Shown: positions 27,510 through 37,812 of the stretch, one piece after another
How positions within the stretch are numbered: position 1 is the first letter of the stretch
How the letters are laid out: every line of letters starts with the position of its first letter
Virus record (IMG/VR): IMGVR_UViG_3300045003_000080
Span: 32,001-96,000 of that record
Length of the DNA stretch: 64,000 nt
Source of the DNA: a virus
Reading direction: 5' to 3' (one strand)
The notes under the pieces: model-generated
What the model saw: the letters and a program-made list of their open reading frames with translations, nothing else
Told to the model about the DNA's origin: nothing
Database searches by the model: none
Program-made: the position numbers and the translations under genes

Positions 27510-27782
27510 GTGTCGAAGATCGCGCTGCCTGACGGGTGTATGGGGCTTGATTTCGCGGACGGGACTCGGGTCGACGCGGATGGTCGGGGCCGGGTGGACG
27601 TGCCCGAGTCCTACGCCCGGCAGATCGGCAAGTCCTGGTACGGGTCGGCCGGTGTGATGGCCGGCGGCGAACGGTTCAGTTTCGGGACGAAGAAAAGCCG
27701 GCTGTGTCGCCCCTGTAAACGCGCGTGGAACGCGTGGTCGGAAACCTGCCCCCGGTGCGGGGCTGAAACGACGGAGGAATAG
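27510..27782 (+). CDS. Small zinc-ribbon protein
   Basis: CRPC...CPRCG. Confidence 0.65.
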   Translation: MSKIALPDGCMGLDFADGTRVDADGRGRVDVPESYARQIGKSWYGSAGVMAGGERFSFGTKKSRLCRPCKRAWNAWSETCPRCGAETTEE

Positions 27783-28229
27783 ATGACGGCGTATGCGCCG
27801 ACGGATGTGCGCGCGACCAGTGCGGTCGCGGGCGGTTGCGGTGAGGGTCACCTGGTCGAGCCTGTCGCGGGTGGTGGGCGCGGGGTGACGTGCGCCCTGT
27901 GTGAGCCGGGGCTGCTGAAGTTGTGGGGGTGGGCGGGTTCACCCGAAGGGGTGAAGCTGACCCCGGATGAGGTCGCGGTGCTCGAAGACTCCAAAGCTCA
28001 GGGGCTCGCGGCGCAGGCTTTGGCCGCTAAAGCAATCGGGGAGAGGCTTGCGGCGACGGTTCTTTCGGACGCGATCGCGCCTGCCTCGTCTGTGGCGGCG
28101 TCGCCGGAGAGCGTCTCGAAGACGGACCTGGCGAAGCTGATCGCGCAGTTGGACCCGGCTGAGCGTGACGAGCTGCTCAAGGGCGTGGGTGTCAAGCGCG
28201 GCCCTGGTCGCCCACCGAAGACGGCGTAA
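27783..28229 (+). CDS. Hypothetical protein with C-terminal AT-hook-like motif
   Basis: GGAGG RBS; KRGPGRPPK. Confidence 0.7.
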   Translation: MTAYAPTDVRATSAVAGGCGEGHLVEPVAGGGRGVTCALCEPGLLKLWGWAGSPEGVKLTPDEVAVLEDSKAQGLAAQALAAKAIGERLAATVLSDAIAPASSVAASPESVSKTDLAKLIAQLDPAERDELLKGVGVKRGPGRPPKTA

Positions 28230-28405
28230 TGGGTCGGCCTGGCGGGCTGTGTGCGCTGTGCGGTGGTCCTCAGCGTGGGCGCGCCGGGCGTCGCGCGGAC
28301 ATCGTCGCGTACTGCCAGGCGTGTGGTGCGGGTGTGTGTACCCGGCATGTGCGTTTTTCGGACGGCCGGTGGGTGTGCGCGAGGTGTGAGCGCAACGGTC
28401 AGTAA
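28229..28405 (+). CDS. 58-aa zinc-finger protein (not in ORF track)
   Basis: TAATG coupling; MGRPGGLCALC...YCQACGAGVCTRHVRFSDGRWVCARCERNGQ. Confidence 0.7.
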   Translation: MGRPGGLCALCGGPQRGRAGRRADIVAYCQACGAGVCTRHVRFSDGRWVCARCERNGQ

Positions 28406-28475
28406 GCGCCGATTTGAGCGTTACAGAAAAAGCGAGGCGTATCGCCTCCCCGGCCCGAGGAGGTGATGCCACTAT

Positions 28476-29450
28476 ATGCCTGTCTACAGTCCTACAGACA
28501 CTCCGGTCTCAGGGCCTGGAACTCCCTACGTGACTCCCGCAATGCTGCGTTCAGCAGCAACAGGCATTTCTTAGTCCTGGAAGACGATAGGTGGGGATGG
28601 GACGACGGCGCCGTCGGCGCAGCAGCAGTACGCGGAGCAGCTGAACATCTGTCACCGGGCGTCGTCGGTGGCGTCTGGGTATGTGAATCAGCCGCTTCAC
28701 GCGACGATCGACACTGAGCAGCTCACCGGGCCTGGCACGTTCCGGTTTCAGTTGGAGAACGGGACGGGTCGGGCGTGGTTGTTGTTGTCGCGGTCGCCGG
28801 TGACCTCCGTGCTCGGGGGGCAGATCACGCCGGCTGCCGCGTTCCCGCCCCAGTGGACCGCGTTGGCGGCGAATCAGTTTCGTATCGCTCAGCCGGTGAT
28901 CGGGGTGTATGGGACGACGTCGCCGGGTGGTTCCGGTGATGGCGGGCAGGCGGTGTATCTGGCGCCGGGCAATGCGACCTGGTTGTTCGGGCGTAACGCA
29001 TACGACGTGCAGGTCACGTATATCAATGGTTGGCCGCACACGTCGTTGACGGCGCCGGCGACGGCTGGCGCGAGGTTGATCACTGTGGATGACTGTACGG
29101 GGTGGGGGCCCCCGGCCGGGATGAGTAGTGGTGCGACCGGCACCTTGTACGACGAGGGGCAGCAGGAGGTGGTGACCTGTGTCGCGGCGTCGGCGACGTC
29201 GGGGCCGGGTGTGTTGTCGTTGGCTGCGCCCTTGAACTACGCGCACTCGTATGGGGTGTTGTGTTCGACGCTGCCTGGGTCGATTCAGCAGGCGACGATC
29301 TACCTGGCGGTGGCGCAGGCGTTGGCGCGTGGCGCGACGGCGACGAGCGTGCAGGCGATTCCCGGGTCGATGGTTGGTCAGGGTGCGAACATGAAGGATT
29401 TCGAGGACGCGGGCAAGCGGATCTTGCACACGTACCGGCGCGTCATCTAA
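28476..29450 (+). CDS. Head-tail adaptor with in-frame TAG at 28572-28574
   Basis: GGAGGTGA RBS; TPYVTPAML...TGIS*SWKTI...ASSVASGYVNQPL...ILHTYRR. Confidence 0.75.
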
Positions 29451-29460
29451 GGGGGCGAAG

Positions 29461-29964
29461 ATGCCCCTGCAGTCGATGCAGCAGTACCTGAGGAACTTGT
29501 TGGATCAGACGCCTCTTCCGCTCGGTGAGGGTGTGCTGACGGCGCAGATCACGCCCCCGGATCCGGGGGACGGCATGGTGCCCACCGTGTACATCTGGGG
29601 GTCGGTGGCGCAGGAGCGGCGCCAGTCGATGCCCCGGGCGCAGCCGGGCCTGTATTCGACGGGCGGCTTCAAGACGATCGAACACAAGATCGATCTGTGG
29701 TTGGTGTGGTACGGGTACGCGGACGACGCCCTCGCGGACTCCCAGTTCCCGGCGATGATCGACACGGTCACAGCCGTTCTTCGTAACACGTTGATGCCGG
29801 TGTACAACGTCGTCGACCCGGTGTCGGGCGCGGGCTCCTCGATCCTCGCGATCGGGGAGAAACTCGAATGGGATTACGCCCCCGTTCATTCGACGGCTGA
29901 CCAGCGCATCCTGCGCTACGTCGCGAAGATCACGTGCACGGTCGAGGAACTTCTCCAGGCTTAG
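29461..29964 (+). CDS. Tail terminator/neck protein
   Basis: Position and size. Confidence 0.65.
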   Translation: MPLQSMQQYLRNLLDQTPLPLGEGVLTAQITPPDPGDGMVPTVYIWGSVAQERRQSMPRAQPGLYSTGGFKTIEHKIDLWLVWYGYADDALADSQFPAMIDTVTAVLRNTLMPVYNVVDPVSGAGSSILAIGEKLEWDYAPVHSTADQRILRYVAKITCTVEELLQA

Positions 29965-29971
29965 GGGGCGT

Positions 29972-30442
29972 GTGGCCGACCCGATGCTGCGCCACACCAT
30001 CACCGGGGACTCCGGTGCGATCACCCGGATCCAGAAATTCCAGGCGATCATGGCGATGGTCGCGTGGGCGGACCGGTGGGGCCCAGTCGTCGCGGCCGAG
30101 CTGCGCCACGAGGCGCCCGTGCAGGGCCGGTACAAGCCGGTCACCGGGGGAGCGCTGCGCGACTCGATCAAGTGGGAGCGGCGCAGCGCGTTCGGTGGGG
30201 TCGCCCTGGTGTTCCACACCGATGTCCCGTACGCGAAATACGTGCTCGAAGGCACACCCGCGCACTACATCCCGGCCTCGAAGGAATGGCTGCGCTGGGA
30301 GGACTTCTCCGGCGTGCAGTGGCGCCACTTCGGCGTGAACCACCCGGGAGCGGCGAAAAACCCGTTCTCGCGCCGTGTCGCGGACCGGGTGGTGCCCGAG
30401 ATGGCCGATTCCCTTGCCGAGATGTTCAGACAGGAGCTTTGA
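29972..30442 (+). CDS. HK97 gp10-like tail completion protein
   Basis: AP...GALRDSI...YAKYVLEGT.AH.I...VNHPG...NPF. Confidence 0.85.
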   Translation: MADPMLRHTITGDSGAITRIQKFQAIMAMVAWADRWGPVVAAELRHEAPVQGRYKPVTGGALRDSIKWERRSAFGGVALVFHTDVPYAKYVLEGTPAHYIPASKEWLRWEDFSGVQWRHFGVNHPGAAKNPFSRRVADRVVPEMADSLAEMFRQEL

Positions 30443-30443
30443 C

Positions 30444-30704
30444 GTGCCTTCCAAGACGCGCGCCGTGCCCGCCCCCGACGCCGAGCCTAACGACACCGAG
30501 CTGAGCGACACGGCGCCGGATCCGGACGCGTATGTGCTGCTCGACTACACCGGCGACCCGTTCGTGATCAACCCGTACGGGGAGTTGCGCGCCGGCGACG
30601 TCGTGGCGGCGCGCCCGCACCTGGTGCCAGGGCTGCTGGCGGGCGGGAGTTTCGCCGTCCGCTCGGATCCGCGCCCTGACGCGGAGCAGATCCGCACCCC
30701 GTAA
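30444..30704 (+). CDS. Small hypothetical protein
   Basis: AGGAG RBS. Confidence 0.55.
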   Translation: MPSKTRAVPAPDAEPNDTELSDTAPDPDAYVLLDYTGDPFVINPYGELRAGDVVAARPHLVPGLLAGGSFAVRSDPRPDAEQIRTP

Positions 30705-30735
30705 CGCCATAACGCTATGCATGTAAAGGAGCTGT

Positions 30736-31956
30736 GTGCCAACTACTGTTGTCGAGCGTTATGGCTCGTTGTCCGCTACGGGGGTTGCGAAGGAGGCCAC
30801 GTTCGGGACGCCCGTGACGCCTCCGACGGGCGGTTTCGTTCCGATGACGGGCAACGAACTTCAGCTTGACGTGGGCCTGTTCAGCCCGAAGGTGATGTTC
30901 GGGCAAAGGGATCTCAACACTTTCCCACTCTATGGGCAATACAAGATCGCTGGCGCGTTGAACGCGCCTTTGTTCCCGACGAACGGGGCATCGCTGATCG
31001 CGGGCGCGATCGGCCCGGACGCGCAGGCCGGGTACGGGGTGACGGGCACGTCGGGGTCGGGGTCGACGACGCTGAACGGTGGCGTGAGCGCGGGAGCGAC
31101 CACGATCGTCGTGACGTCGGCAGCCGGGTTCTCGAACAACCAGGTCATCCAGATCGATGTGAACAACACCAGCACGCCAACGACTGCCGAATGCCGCAAG
31201 ATCACCAACATTTCGAGCAACACGCTCACGCTCGACAGCGCGCTGGGTTACGCGCACCTGACCGGTGTCGCCGTGATCGGGGTGATCGCCCCGTACACGC
31301 ACTCGATCCAGCAGGCCAACACGCTTAGCTCGTTCACCGTCGAAAAGAACCTGGGCGGGTTCGAGTCGCTGCAGTTCGCCGGCTCGCGTATCAATAAGTT
31401 CAATATCTCGACGCAGAACGGTGACACGGAGGCGACGTTCAGCGCCGACCTGGTCGCGAAGTCCAGCGCGGTGCTGGTCACGCCGACCACGATCTCGATC
31501 ACGAACGAGAACCCGTTCGTATTCGCTGAGGCGACCGTCAGCCTGTTCTCGCAGAACGTGCTGCAGGCCACCGACTTCTCCATGGACATCGAAAACGGGC
31601 TCGTCAGCACGTATACGTTCAACTCCAGCCACAACCTGCAGTTCCTCACCCCGGTCACCCGGCGCGTGTCCGGCAAGGTCGACGTCGTCTTCACGAGTCT
31701 CGACGACGCGACGTGGGGCTACTACACGGCGATGGTCAACGGCACCAACGGCGCCCTCACGTTCACCCTCGCGCACCCCTCCTCGGGCGGCACGATCGTG
31801 TTCACCCTGCCGAAGGTGTACCTGAAGCTCGCGACCGACGCCGTGAAGATGGAAGGCGTCATCATGACAAGCCTTTCCTATGAGGCGTTCCTGAACCTGT
31901 CCACGCTGCAGACGATCTCCGCGACGGTCACCGACTCCGCGTACCTGCCCTTCTAA
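30736..31956 (+). CDS. Major tail tube protein with inserted beta domain
   Basis: AKEATFGTPV, SFTVEKNLG, FSMDIENGL, RRVSGK. Confidence 0.9.
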   Translation: MPTTVVERYGSLSATGVAKEATFGTPVTPPTGGFVPMTGNELQLDVGLFSPKVMFGQRDLNTFPLYGQYKIAGALNAPLFPTNGASLIAGAIGPDAQAGYGVTGTSGSGSTTLNGGVSAGATTIVVTSAAGFSNNQVIQIDVNNTSTPTTAECRKITNISSNTLTLDSALGYAHLTGVAVIGVIAPYTHSIQQANTLSSFTVEKNLGGFESLQFAGSRINKFNISTQNGDTEATFSADLVAKSSAVLVTPTTISITNENPFVFAEATVSLFSQNVLQATDFSMDIENGLVSTYTFNSSHNLQFLTPVTRRVSGKVDVVFTSLDDATWGYYTAMVNGTNGALTFTLAHPSSGGTIVFTLPKVYLKLATDAVKMEGVIMTSLSYEAFLNLSTLQTISATVTDSAYLPF

Positions 31957-31970
31957 AACCTGGAGCGCCA

Positions 31971-32507
31971 ATGGGTTTCCTCGACGATTTCGCGACGCCC
32001 TCGACCCGGGTCGACCTGACCCCCGCCGACCATCCGAAAGGCCACTACTGGGCGACCGTGCAGGCCCTGCCCGGCGCGCAGAAAGACCGGGTCGAAGCCA
32101 AACGCATGCGGATCTCGGCGACCGCGAGTCCCGGCAAAGCGGCGCAGGCCGCGCAACTGGCGAAGGTTCGGGCGGCGAAGGCCCGCATGGGCCTGGTCGA
32201 GGAGGAGCCGGCCGATGAAACCGACGCCGGGGTGACCACGTCGATCGCGGTCGACCAGGCCGCGTACCGCATGGAGCTGCTTACCCACGCGGTCGTGGAG
32301 TGGAACCTGACCGACGAGCGTGGTGCGGCGCTGCCCCTGGCCCCGGAGGCGGCGAAACGCGCGAGCCTGGAACGGTTGCCGGCGCGTTTCTACGACCAGC
32401 TCGTCGACGCGGCCGAAGCCCTGATCAACGACGATGCGGCTGAGCGCAGCCCTGAGGCGGAGGCGGAGTTTCGGGGCGGCGCTGAAACGAGCAGCCCACT
32501 CGGGTAG
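31971..32507 (+). CDS. Tail assembly chaperone
   Basis: AVVEWNLTDERG; between tail tube and tape measure. Confidence 0.85.
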   Translation: MGFLDDFATPSTRVDLTPADHPKGHYWATVQALPGAQKDRVEAKRMRISATASPGKAAQAAQLAKVRAAKARMGLVEEEPADETDAGVTTSIAVDQAAYRMELLTHAVVEWNLTDERGAALPLAPEAAKRASLERLPARFYDQLVDAAEALINDDAAERSPEAEAEFRGGAETSSPLG

Positions 32508-32799
32508 GAGCAGCCACCCGATCGCGGTCGAGTGCTGGACCCGGGAAAGCCTGTGGACCAGGTTCGGGCTCACGTTGGAGGCGGCGTGGGCGCTGTGGAC
32601 CCCGGGCCGGTTCCGCGACGTGATGCGGTTCTTGGAGATCCAGGCCAACGTACAGAACTCCCGTTCCTCTTCGTCGACGGACCCTGACGTCACTCAGGCG
32701 ACATTCGAGTATCTGCGCCGACAACGCGATGAAGCGGGGGGCGGCGACGGTGGCGACCGACGAGATCACGATCCTGCTGCTGCTGGAAGCGGTGGATAA
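32470..32799 (+). CDS. Frameshift extension of tail chaperone (+1 frame)
   Basis: Open +1 frame with no RBS of its own overlaps the chaperone end; candidate shift GAG TTT CGG at 32466-32474. Confidence 0.6.
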   Translation, partial: FGAALKRAAHSGRSSHPIAVECWTRESLWTRFGLTLEAAWALWTPGRFRDVMRFLEIQANVQNSRSSSSTDPDVTQATFEYLRRQRDEAGGGDGGDRRDHDPAAAGSGG

Positions 32800-35700
32800 A
32801 GCCTCCGGTGTCATCGGCAAGATCGGGCAGGCGTTCACGAATCTCGGCGACACGCTGCAGAAGGCGTCGGACATCTCCGCGCGCACGGCTGAGGAGCAGG
32901 CGGCCCTCGACGATCAGGTCACGGCGTCGACTGCCGCCTGGACTGAGGCGACGAATCTGCAGACCGACGCGCAGATGCGGCTGAGGGCCGCGAACGAAGC
33001 GGTCCAGGAAGCCCAGGCCCAGGCGGTCGAGTGGGCGCGCATCCAAATGGACACCGAAAAGGAACTCGCAGGTGTCACCAGGGCCCTGACGGAGGAGGAG
33101 CAGTTCTCCGCGAAGGTCGTCGAGGAGTCGTTCGCTGCCGCGACCGAAGCGGTCAAGGCTGCGACGACGGTGCAGATCGAGGCGCTCGACGCGTTGCAGG
33201 CGGCGCAGACAGAAGTCGCGATCAGGTCGCAGGAGATGGCGGCTGCCGAAAGCGCCGCGTCGAGGGAGACCGGGCTGGGCGCTGCCGCGCTCGGGGGGCT
33301 CAAGGTCGCGGCTGCGACGACCGCGATCGGGGTCGGCGCCGTCGCGTACATGAGTACGAAGGCTGCCGCGAACTTCCAGTCGATGACAACCACCTTGGCC
33401 ACCTCAGGTGGCGAGATGGACAAGACGGGCGCGCTGCTGGCGACCGTGCGCAACGGCATCCTGAACCTCGCGCAGTCCACGGGTACCGCCACCGATCAGC
33501 TCACCAAGGGCATGTACATGATCGGCAGCGCCGGGTTCACCGGCGCGAAGGGCTTGGAGGTGTTGCGCGCAGCTGCTGAGGGCGCGAAAGCGGAGAACTC
33601 GGACCTGGGCACCGTTGCCAACGCATTAACAACGGTGATGCTGGACTACGGCAACCAGATCGACAAAGGCCCTGTCCAGGCGATGAACCTGATGATTGCC
33701 ACGGTGCAGCGCGGCAAGATGACCACACAGGATTTCGCTGGGAGCCTCGCGTCGATCCTCCCGATCGCGAACTCGGCTGGGCTCAAGTTCGCCGAGGTCG
33801 GTGGCGCCCTGGCGACCATGACGGCGTCGGGTATGACAGCGCAGCGCGCCACCGATGACCTTTCGAATTCGGTCAGGGCCCTGCAGAAGCCTAACAACGT
33901 CGCCATCCAGTTGATGCAGCAGATGGGCATTGACAGCAACAAGCTGGTGATGGACCTGGGCAAGAACGGCCTGACCGGGACCCTCAATACCCTGTTGCAG
34001 GCGATCGCCGCGCACACCAAGGGTGGCCAGGTTCTGCTGAACACCTGGTACACGTCCGCGTCGGCTGCTGCTGACCTGAAAACCATGATCGCGTCGATGA
34101 CCCCGGCCATGCAGGCTCTGGCGAACGGGTTCCAAACCGGTTCGCTGACCGCGAAGCAGTTCCGTGACGACCTGTACCAGCTTTCCCCGCGACAGCGCGA
34201 TGTGATGATGCAGTTCGAGTCGCTCGCGAACAAGGCCGACGGATTCAACCAGCAACTCAAATTGGGCAACCCGGCTGCAATCACATTCAATAACGCGCTC
34301 GGGACGATGATGGGCGGGGCGACCGGGCTCAACACGGCTCTCATTCTGTCGGCGAATAACGGCAAAACGTTCGCGAACAATGTTGCGGCGATCGGCGCTG
34401 CCGCGCAGAACACCGGCACGGATGTCAACGGTTGGAGTCTGATTCAGCAAAACTTCAACCAGCAGCTGTCGCAGCTGAAGGAGACGGTGCAGGTCGCGGC
34501 GATCCGGATCGGTACGGCGTTGCTGCCGGCGGTGACGAAGATCGTCGAGTGGATCGCGAAGGTGATCCAGCCGATCGCGGAGTGGATCAGCCATCACCAG
34601 AAGCTCTCGGCCGTCATCATGATCGCCGTTGGGGTGCTCTCCACGCTGCTGGTGATGCTGATCAGCGCCGTGAAAATTTTCAAGGAAGTCAAGCTCGCCA
34701 TCGAAGGGCTCGGAGTCGCGCTCGATTTCCTCGCGGACAACCCAATCATCCTCATCATTGCCGCGATTGCGGTCGCCGCGTATCTGATCATCACTCACTG
34801 GTCGACGGTGAAGAAATGGCTTGAGGAGTTCTGGGGCTGGATCGTCAAGGTCGCGAAGATCGCCGCCCATTATTTTGTCCAGGCGTGGAATGAGTCGGTC
34901 GAGACGCTCAAGCGCGTCTGGGGCGATATCAAGAGGATATGGGACGACACGGGCGGTAAAGCGGTCACGTGGATCAAGGACCAGTTCGAGAAGATCGCCG
35001 AGCCGATTAAAAAGGAATGGGACCACATCGTTTCCGACCTGGAGTCGATCTGGGGTTCGCTCACCGAAATCTGGAACGGAACCGGCGGGAAACTCGTCCA
35101 CCTTATCTCGGCGCACTGGAAAGCGATCTCGGATTTCACGAAACTGATCTGGCAGGGCATCTACACGATGATCAAGGTCCAAGTCGACATCATCGTGCAG
35201 ATCCTGAAAGTCGCGTGGGAGCTTATCTCAAGCGCCGTGAAAGTCCAGTGGGACCTGATCAAGGGGATCCTGAAAACAGCGTGGGATCTCATCTACGGCC
35301 TCATCAAGGGCACCCTCGATGTGATCATCGGCGTGTTGAAAGCCGCGTGGGATATCGTCGTGGGGATTTTCCGGGCCGTGTGGGACATCATCAAGGTCGT
35401 TATCAACACGGCCCTGGACTACATTAAAGACGTCCTGAAGTTGTTCGCGGACCTCGTGACCGGCCAGTGGGGCAAACTCTGGAACGACGTGAAGAAGATC
35501 TTCACGGACCTGTGGAACAACATCAAGGATTTCTTCGTCAACATCTGGCACGATATCGAGGACACCGCGTCGAGCGCGGTCAGCAATGTGTGGAACGGGT
35601 TCGTCTCCGGCACGAAGGCCGCCCTCGGCGGTATTACGAGCGCGATCACCGACGTCTACAACACGATTAAGAACTTTTTCGCCGACGCCTACAACTGGCT

Positions 35701-36160
35701 GATCGACGCCGGCAAGGCGATCCTGAATGGTTTCGTCGATGGCGCGAAGTCCGTGTGGAACGACGTGACATCGTTTTTCGGCGGGTTCGGCGACTGGATT
35801 GCGAAGCACAAGGGCCCGATCGAGGTCGACATGAAGCTGCTGGTCCCACACGGCCAGGCGATCATGAAGGGGTTGATGGACGGGTTGCAGGCGCAAATGC
35901 CCGCGCTGCAGGCGAAACTGGGCCAGGTCACCTCCACCGTGACCGCGTCGGTCAACCCGGTGCTGCGCACCTCCGGCGCGCTGTCCGGGTTCGGGTCGGC
36001 GCCCACGTCGGCGTCGACGCAGCCACAGATCGTGATCACGAACGATCTGCGCGAGTCGCGGATCATGTCGGACCGGGACATGGACATGCTCACGCAGAAG
36101 ATCGGCAATCGGCTCGCGACGCAGCTGCTGCCTGCCGGTGGTGTACGCATCAGGTCATAG
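32750..36160 (+). CDS. Tape measure protein
   Basis: TP901-like core and 11-aa Trp-periodic repeats. Confidence 0.97.
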   Translation: MATDEITILLLLEAVDKASGVIGKIGQAFTNLGDTLQKASDISARTAEEQAALDDQVTASTAAWTEATNLQTDAQMRLRAANEAVQEAQAQAVEWARIQMDTEKELAGVTRALTEEEQFSAKVVEESFAAATEAVKAATTVQIEALDALQAAQTEVAIRSQEMAAAESAASRETGLGAAALGGLKVAAATTAIGVGAVAYMSTKAAANFQSMTTTLATSGGEMDKTGALLATVRNGILNLAQSTGTATDQLTKGMYMIGSAGFTGAKGLEVLRAAAEGAKAENSDLGTVANALTTVMLDYGNQIDKGPVQAMNLMIATVQRGKMTTQDFAGSLASILPIANSAGLKFAEVGGALATMTASGMTAQRATDDLSNSVRALQKPNNVAIQLMQQMGIDSNKLVMDLGKNGLTGTLNTLLQAIAAHTKGGQVLLNTWYTSASAAADLKTMIASMTPAMQALANGFQTGSLTAKQFRDDLYQLSPRQRDVMMQFESLANKADGFNQQLKLGNPAAITFNNALGTMMGGATGLNTALILSANNGKTFANNVAAIGAAAQNTGTDVNGWSLIQQNFNQQLSQLKETVQVAAIRIGTALLPAVTKIVEWIAKVIQPIAEWISHHQKLSAVIMIAVGVLSTLLVMLISAVKIFKEVKLAIEGLGVALDFLADNPIILIIAAIAVAAYLIITHWSTVKKWLEEFWGWIVKVAKIAAHYFVQAWNESVETLKRVWGDIKRIWDDTGGKAVTWIKDQFEKIAEPIKKEWDHIVSDLESIWGSLTEIWNGTGGKLVHLISAHWKAISDFTKLIWQGIYTMIKVQVDIIVQILKVAWELISSAVKVQWDLIKGILKTAWDLIYGLIKGTLDVIIGVLKAAWDIVVGIFRAVWDIIKVVINTALDYIKDVLKLFADLVTGQWGKLWNDVKKIFTDLWNNIKDFFVNIWHDIEDTASSAVSNVWNGFVSGTKAALGGITSAITDVYNTIKNFFADAYNWLIDAGKAILNGFVDGAKSVWNDVTSFFGGFGDWIAKHKGPIEVDMKLLVPHGQAIMKGLMDGLQAQMPALQAKLGQVTSTVTASVNPVLRTSGALSGFGSAPTSASTQPQIVITNDLRESRIMSDRDMDMLTQKIGNRLATQLLPAGGVRIRS

Positions 36161-36177
36161 AGGCACGGGGGTGAGCG

Positions 36178-37575
36178 GTGCCGATCTCACCCCCGAGCCT
36201 GACGCTCACGATCACCCCGCCGGGTGGTTCGCCGGTGAACTACACCAACAATCTGGCGTGGGCGGGCGCTGACGGACAGTTGCAGATCTCGCAGAATTTC
36301 GGGCGGCAGGGCGACACCGCGAGTTTGACACTCGTGGATGAGTTTTCCGGGACGCCGAATTTCTACATCCCGGTGATGAGCCAGATCAAACTGTTCGACA
36401 ACACGGCGAACGTGACGCTTTTCGCAGGCGTTGTCAACGACCCGACACAGCATGTGAGCAGCCCGAACCGCAACGAGTGGCAGTTACAGTGCACTGATTA
36501 CACCTTTTATGCGGATAATGCGATTGTTCATGGTACGTTCGTCGGGCAGACCGTCGACCAGATCGTCATCTCGCTCACCGCGCAAGCCAACTGTGGGATC
36601 TCGGCCGCGTCCACCGCGTCCGGCGGGTTCGTGCGCACCGGCCCACAACTCGCCAACTTCGTGCTCAACTACACGACGCTGAGCCAGGCGTGGCGCACCC
36701 TCGCGATCCTCGCCGGATCGTCAACACCCTACGGCTGGTACGTCGACGAAAACCGGGCACTGCACTTTTTCGACTCCTCCACCGCCTTGCCCTCGGGTGT
36801 CACGTTCACCACCACCCCGACCACGTTCGGCTCCACCACCGAGGGCCACATCGCCCTGGACGGACAGAACGGGTGGGAGATCGACGGCACCTCCATCCAC
36901 AACAGGATCCTGGTACAGGGCGCCTACCTGACCAAGTACTACGGGTCGACGAACAACGCGCCCACCGACACCTGGCGCGCCGACGGACACCAGGGCGCGT
37001 GGGCGCTGCGCTACACCGCGACCAGCCAGCAGGTCTCCGCCCCGATCCTGCACGTGAACGGCGTGAAGACGAGCGTGACGGTGGTCGTCGCCGGCACCGT
37101 TCCCCCCACCGGCGTGTGGACCGCGCAGCAGAACGCCAACGGCCAATGGTTCCTGGTCGCGCCCTCGACCCCGTCGGCAGGCACGCTCCTGCAAGCCTGG
37201 TACAACTACCAGACCCCGGTGATCGCGCAAGCCCAGTCCACCGCGTCGCAGGCCACATACACAGGCCCGAACTCGGGTGTTTTCGCCGAATACATCAACG
37301 ACACCAGCGCCACGACCGTGCCGATGGCTCTGGCGAGGGCGCTTCGGGAACGCAACGAGTACGGGTTCGCGGCTGAACGCTACACGTTTACAACAACGGA
37401 AGACTTCCTGGGGCACGTGCGCGCCGGACAAACATGCACGATCGTCAACCAGTTCCTGCGCGATTTCGACAGCAACACCTGGGGCGTCAACGACACGTTC
37501 ATCATCGTCGCCAACACGATCTCGTTCACTGGTGGCGGCTACCGCACCGCGCAGATCACTGCCATACGCGTGTAA
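36178..37575 (+). CDS. Tail tip/hub protein
   Basis: Follows TMP; LFAGVV, CTDY, WYVD...LHF, NRILVQG. Confidence 0.8.
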   Translation: MPISPPSLTLTITPPGGSPVNYTNNLAWAGADGQLQISQNFGRQGDTASLTLVDEFSGTPNFYIPVMSQIKLFDNTANVTLFAGVVNDPTQHVSSPNRNEWQLQCTDYTFYADNAIVHGTFVGQTVDQIVISLTAQANCGISAASTASGGFVRTGPQLANFVLNYTTLSQAWRTLAILAGSSTPYGWYVDENRALHFFDSSTALPSGVTFTTTPTTFGSTTEGHIALDGQNGWEIDGTSIHNRILVQGAYLTKYYGSTNNAPTDTWRADGHQGAWALRYTATSQQVSAPILHVNGVKTSVTVVVAGTVPPTGVWTAQQNANGQWFLVAPSTPSAGTLLQAWYNYQTPVIAQAQSTASQATYTGPNSGVFAEYINDTSATTVPMALARALRERNEYGFAAERYTFTTTEDFLGHVRAGQTCTIVNQFLRDFDSNTWGVNDTFIIVANTISFTGGGYRTAQITAIRV

Positions 37576-37584
37576 GGGGGCGAG

Positions 37585-37812
37585 ATGGCTGCCGGGTCGG
37601 GTGTGTTCCGTCCTTATACGTTCGTTGATGTTCTCGGGACTATCAACCAGCAGTCGACGCAGTCGTCCAGCACCACGCAGATCGACGGGGTCGGGTTCGT
37701 CGGCGAGTCCGACGAGACGATGACCGGCGCCGACAGCGCTACGGACCTGTTGCAGACGGCTGCGATGAGCGTGTGGGACACGGCGCTGTGGGGGTCGGTC
37801 GCGTGGAGTTGA
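37585..37812 (+). CDS. Small tail protein
   Basis: C-terminal WD...WG...WS. Confidence 0.7.
   Translation: MAAGSGVFRPYTFVDVLGTINQQSTQSSSTTQIDGVGFVGESDETMTGADSATDLLQTAAMSVWDTALWGSVAWS

Noticed and set aside
28572-28574. Genome-wide amber recoding
   Set aside because: TAG clearly terminates many genes (2664, 2852, 10250, 14552, 36160) and no CUA tRNA is seen.
18711-35182. Long antisense ORFs (18711..19991, 22786..24498, 25336..26658, 30715..31971, 33626..35182)
   Set aside because: They are shadows of high-GC genes on the opposite strand, with no motifs.
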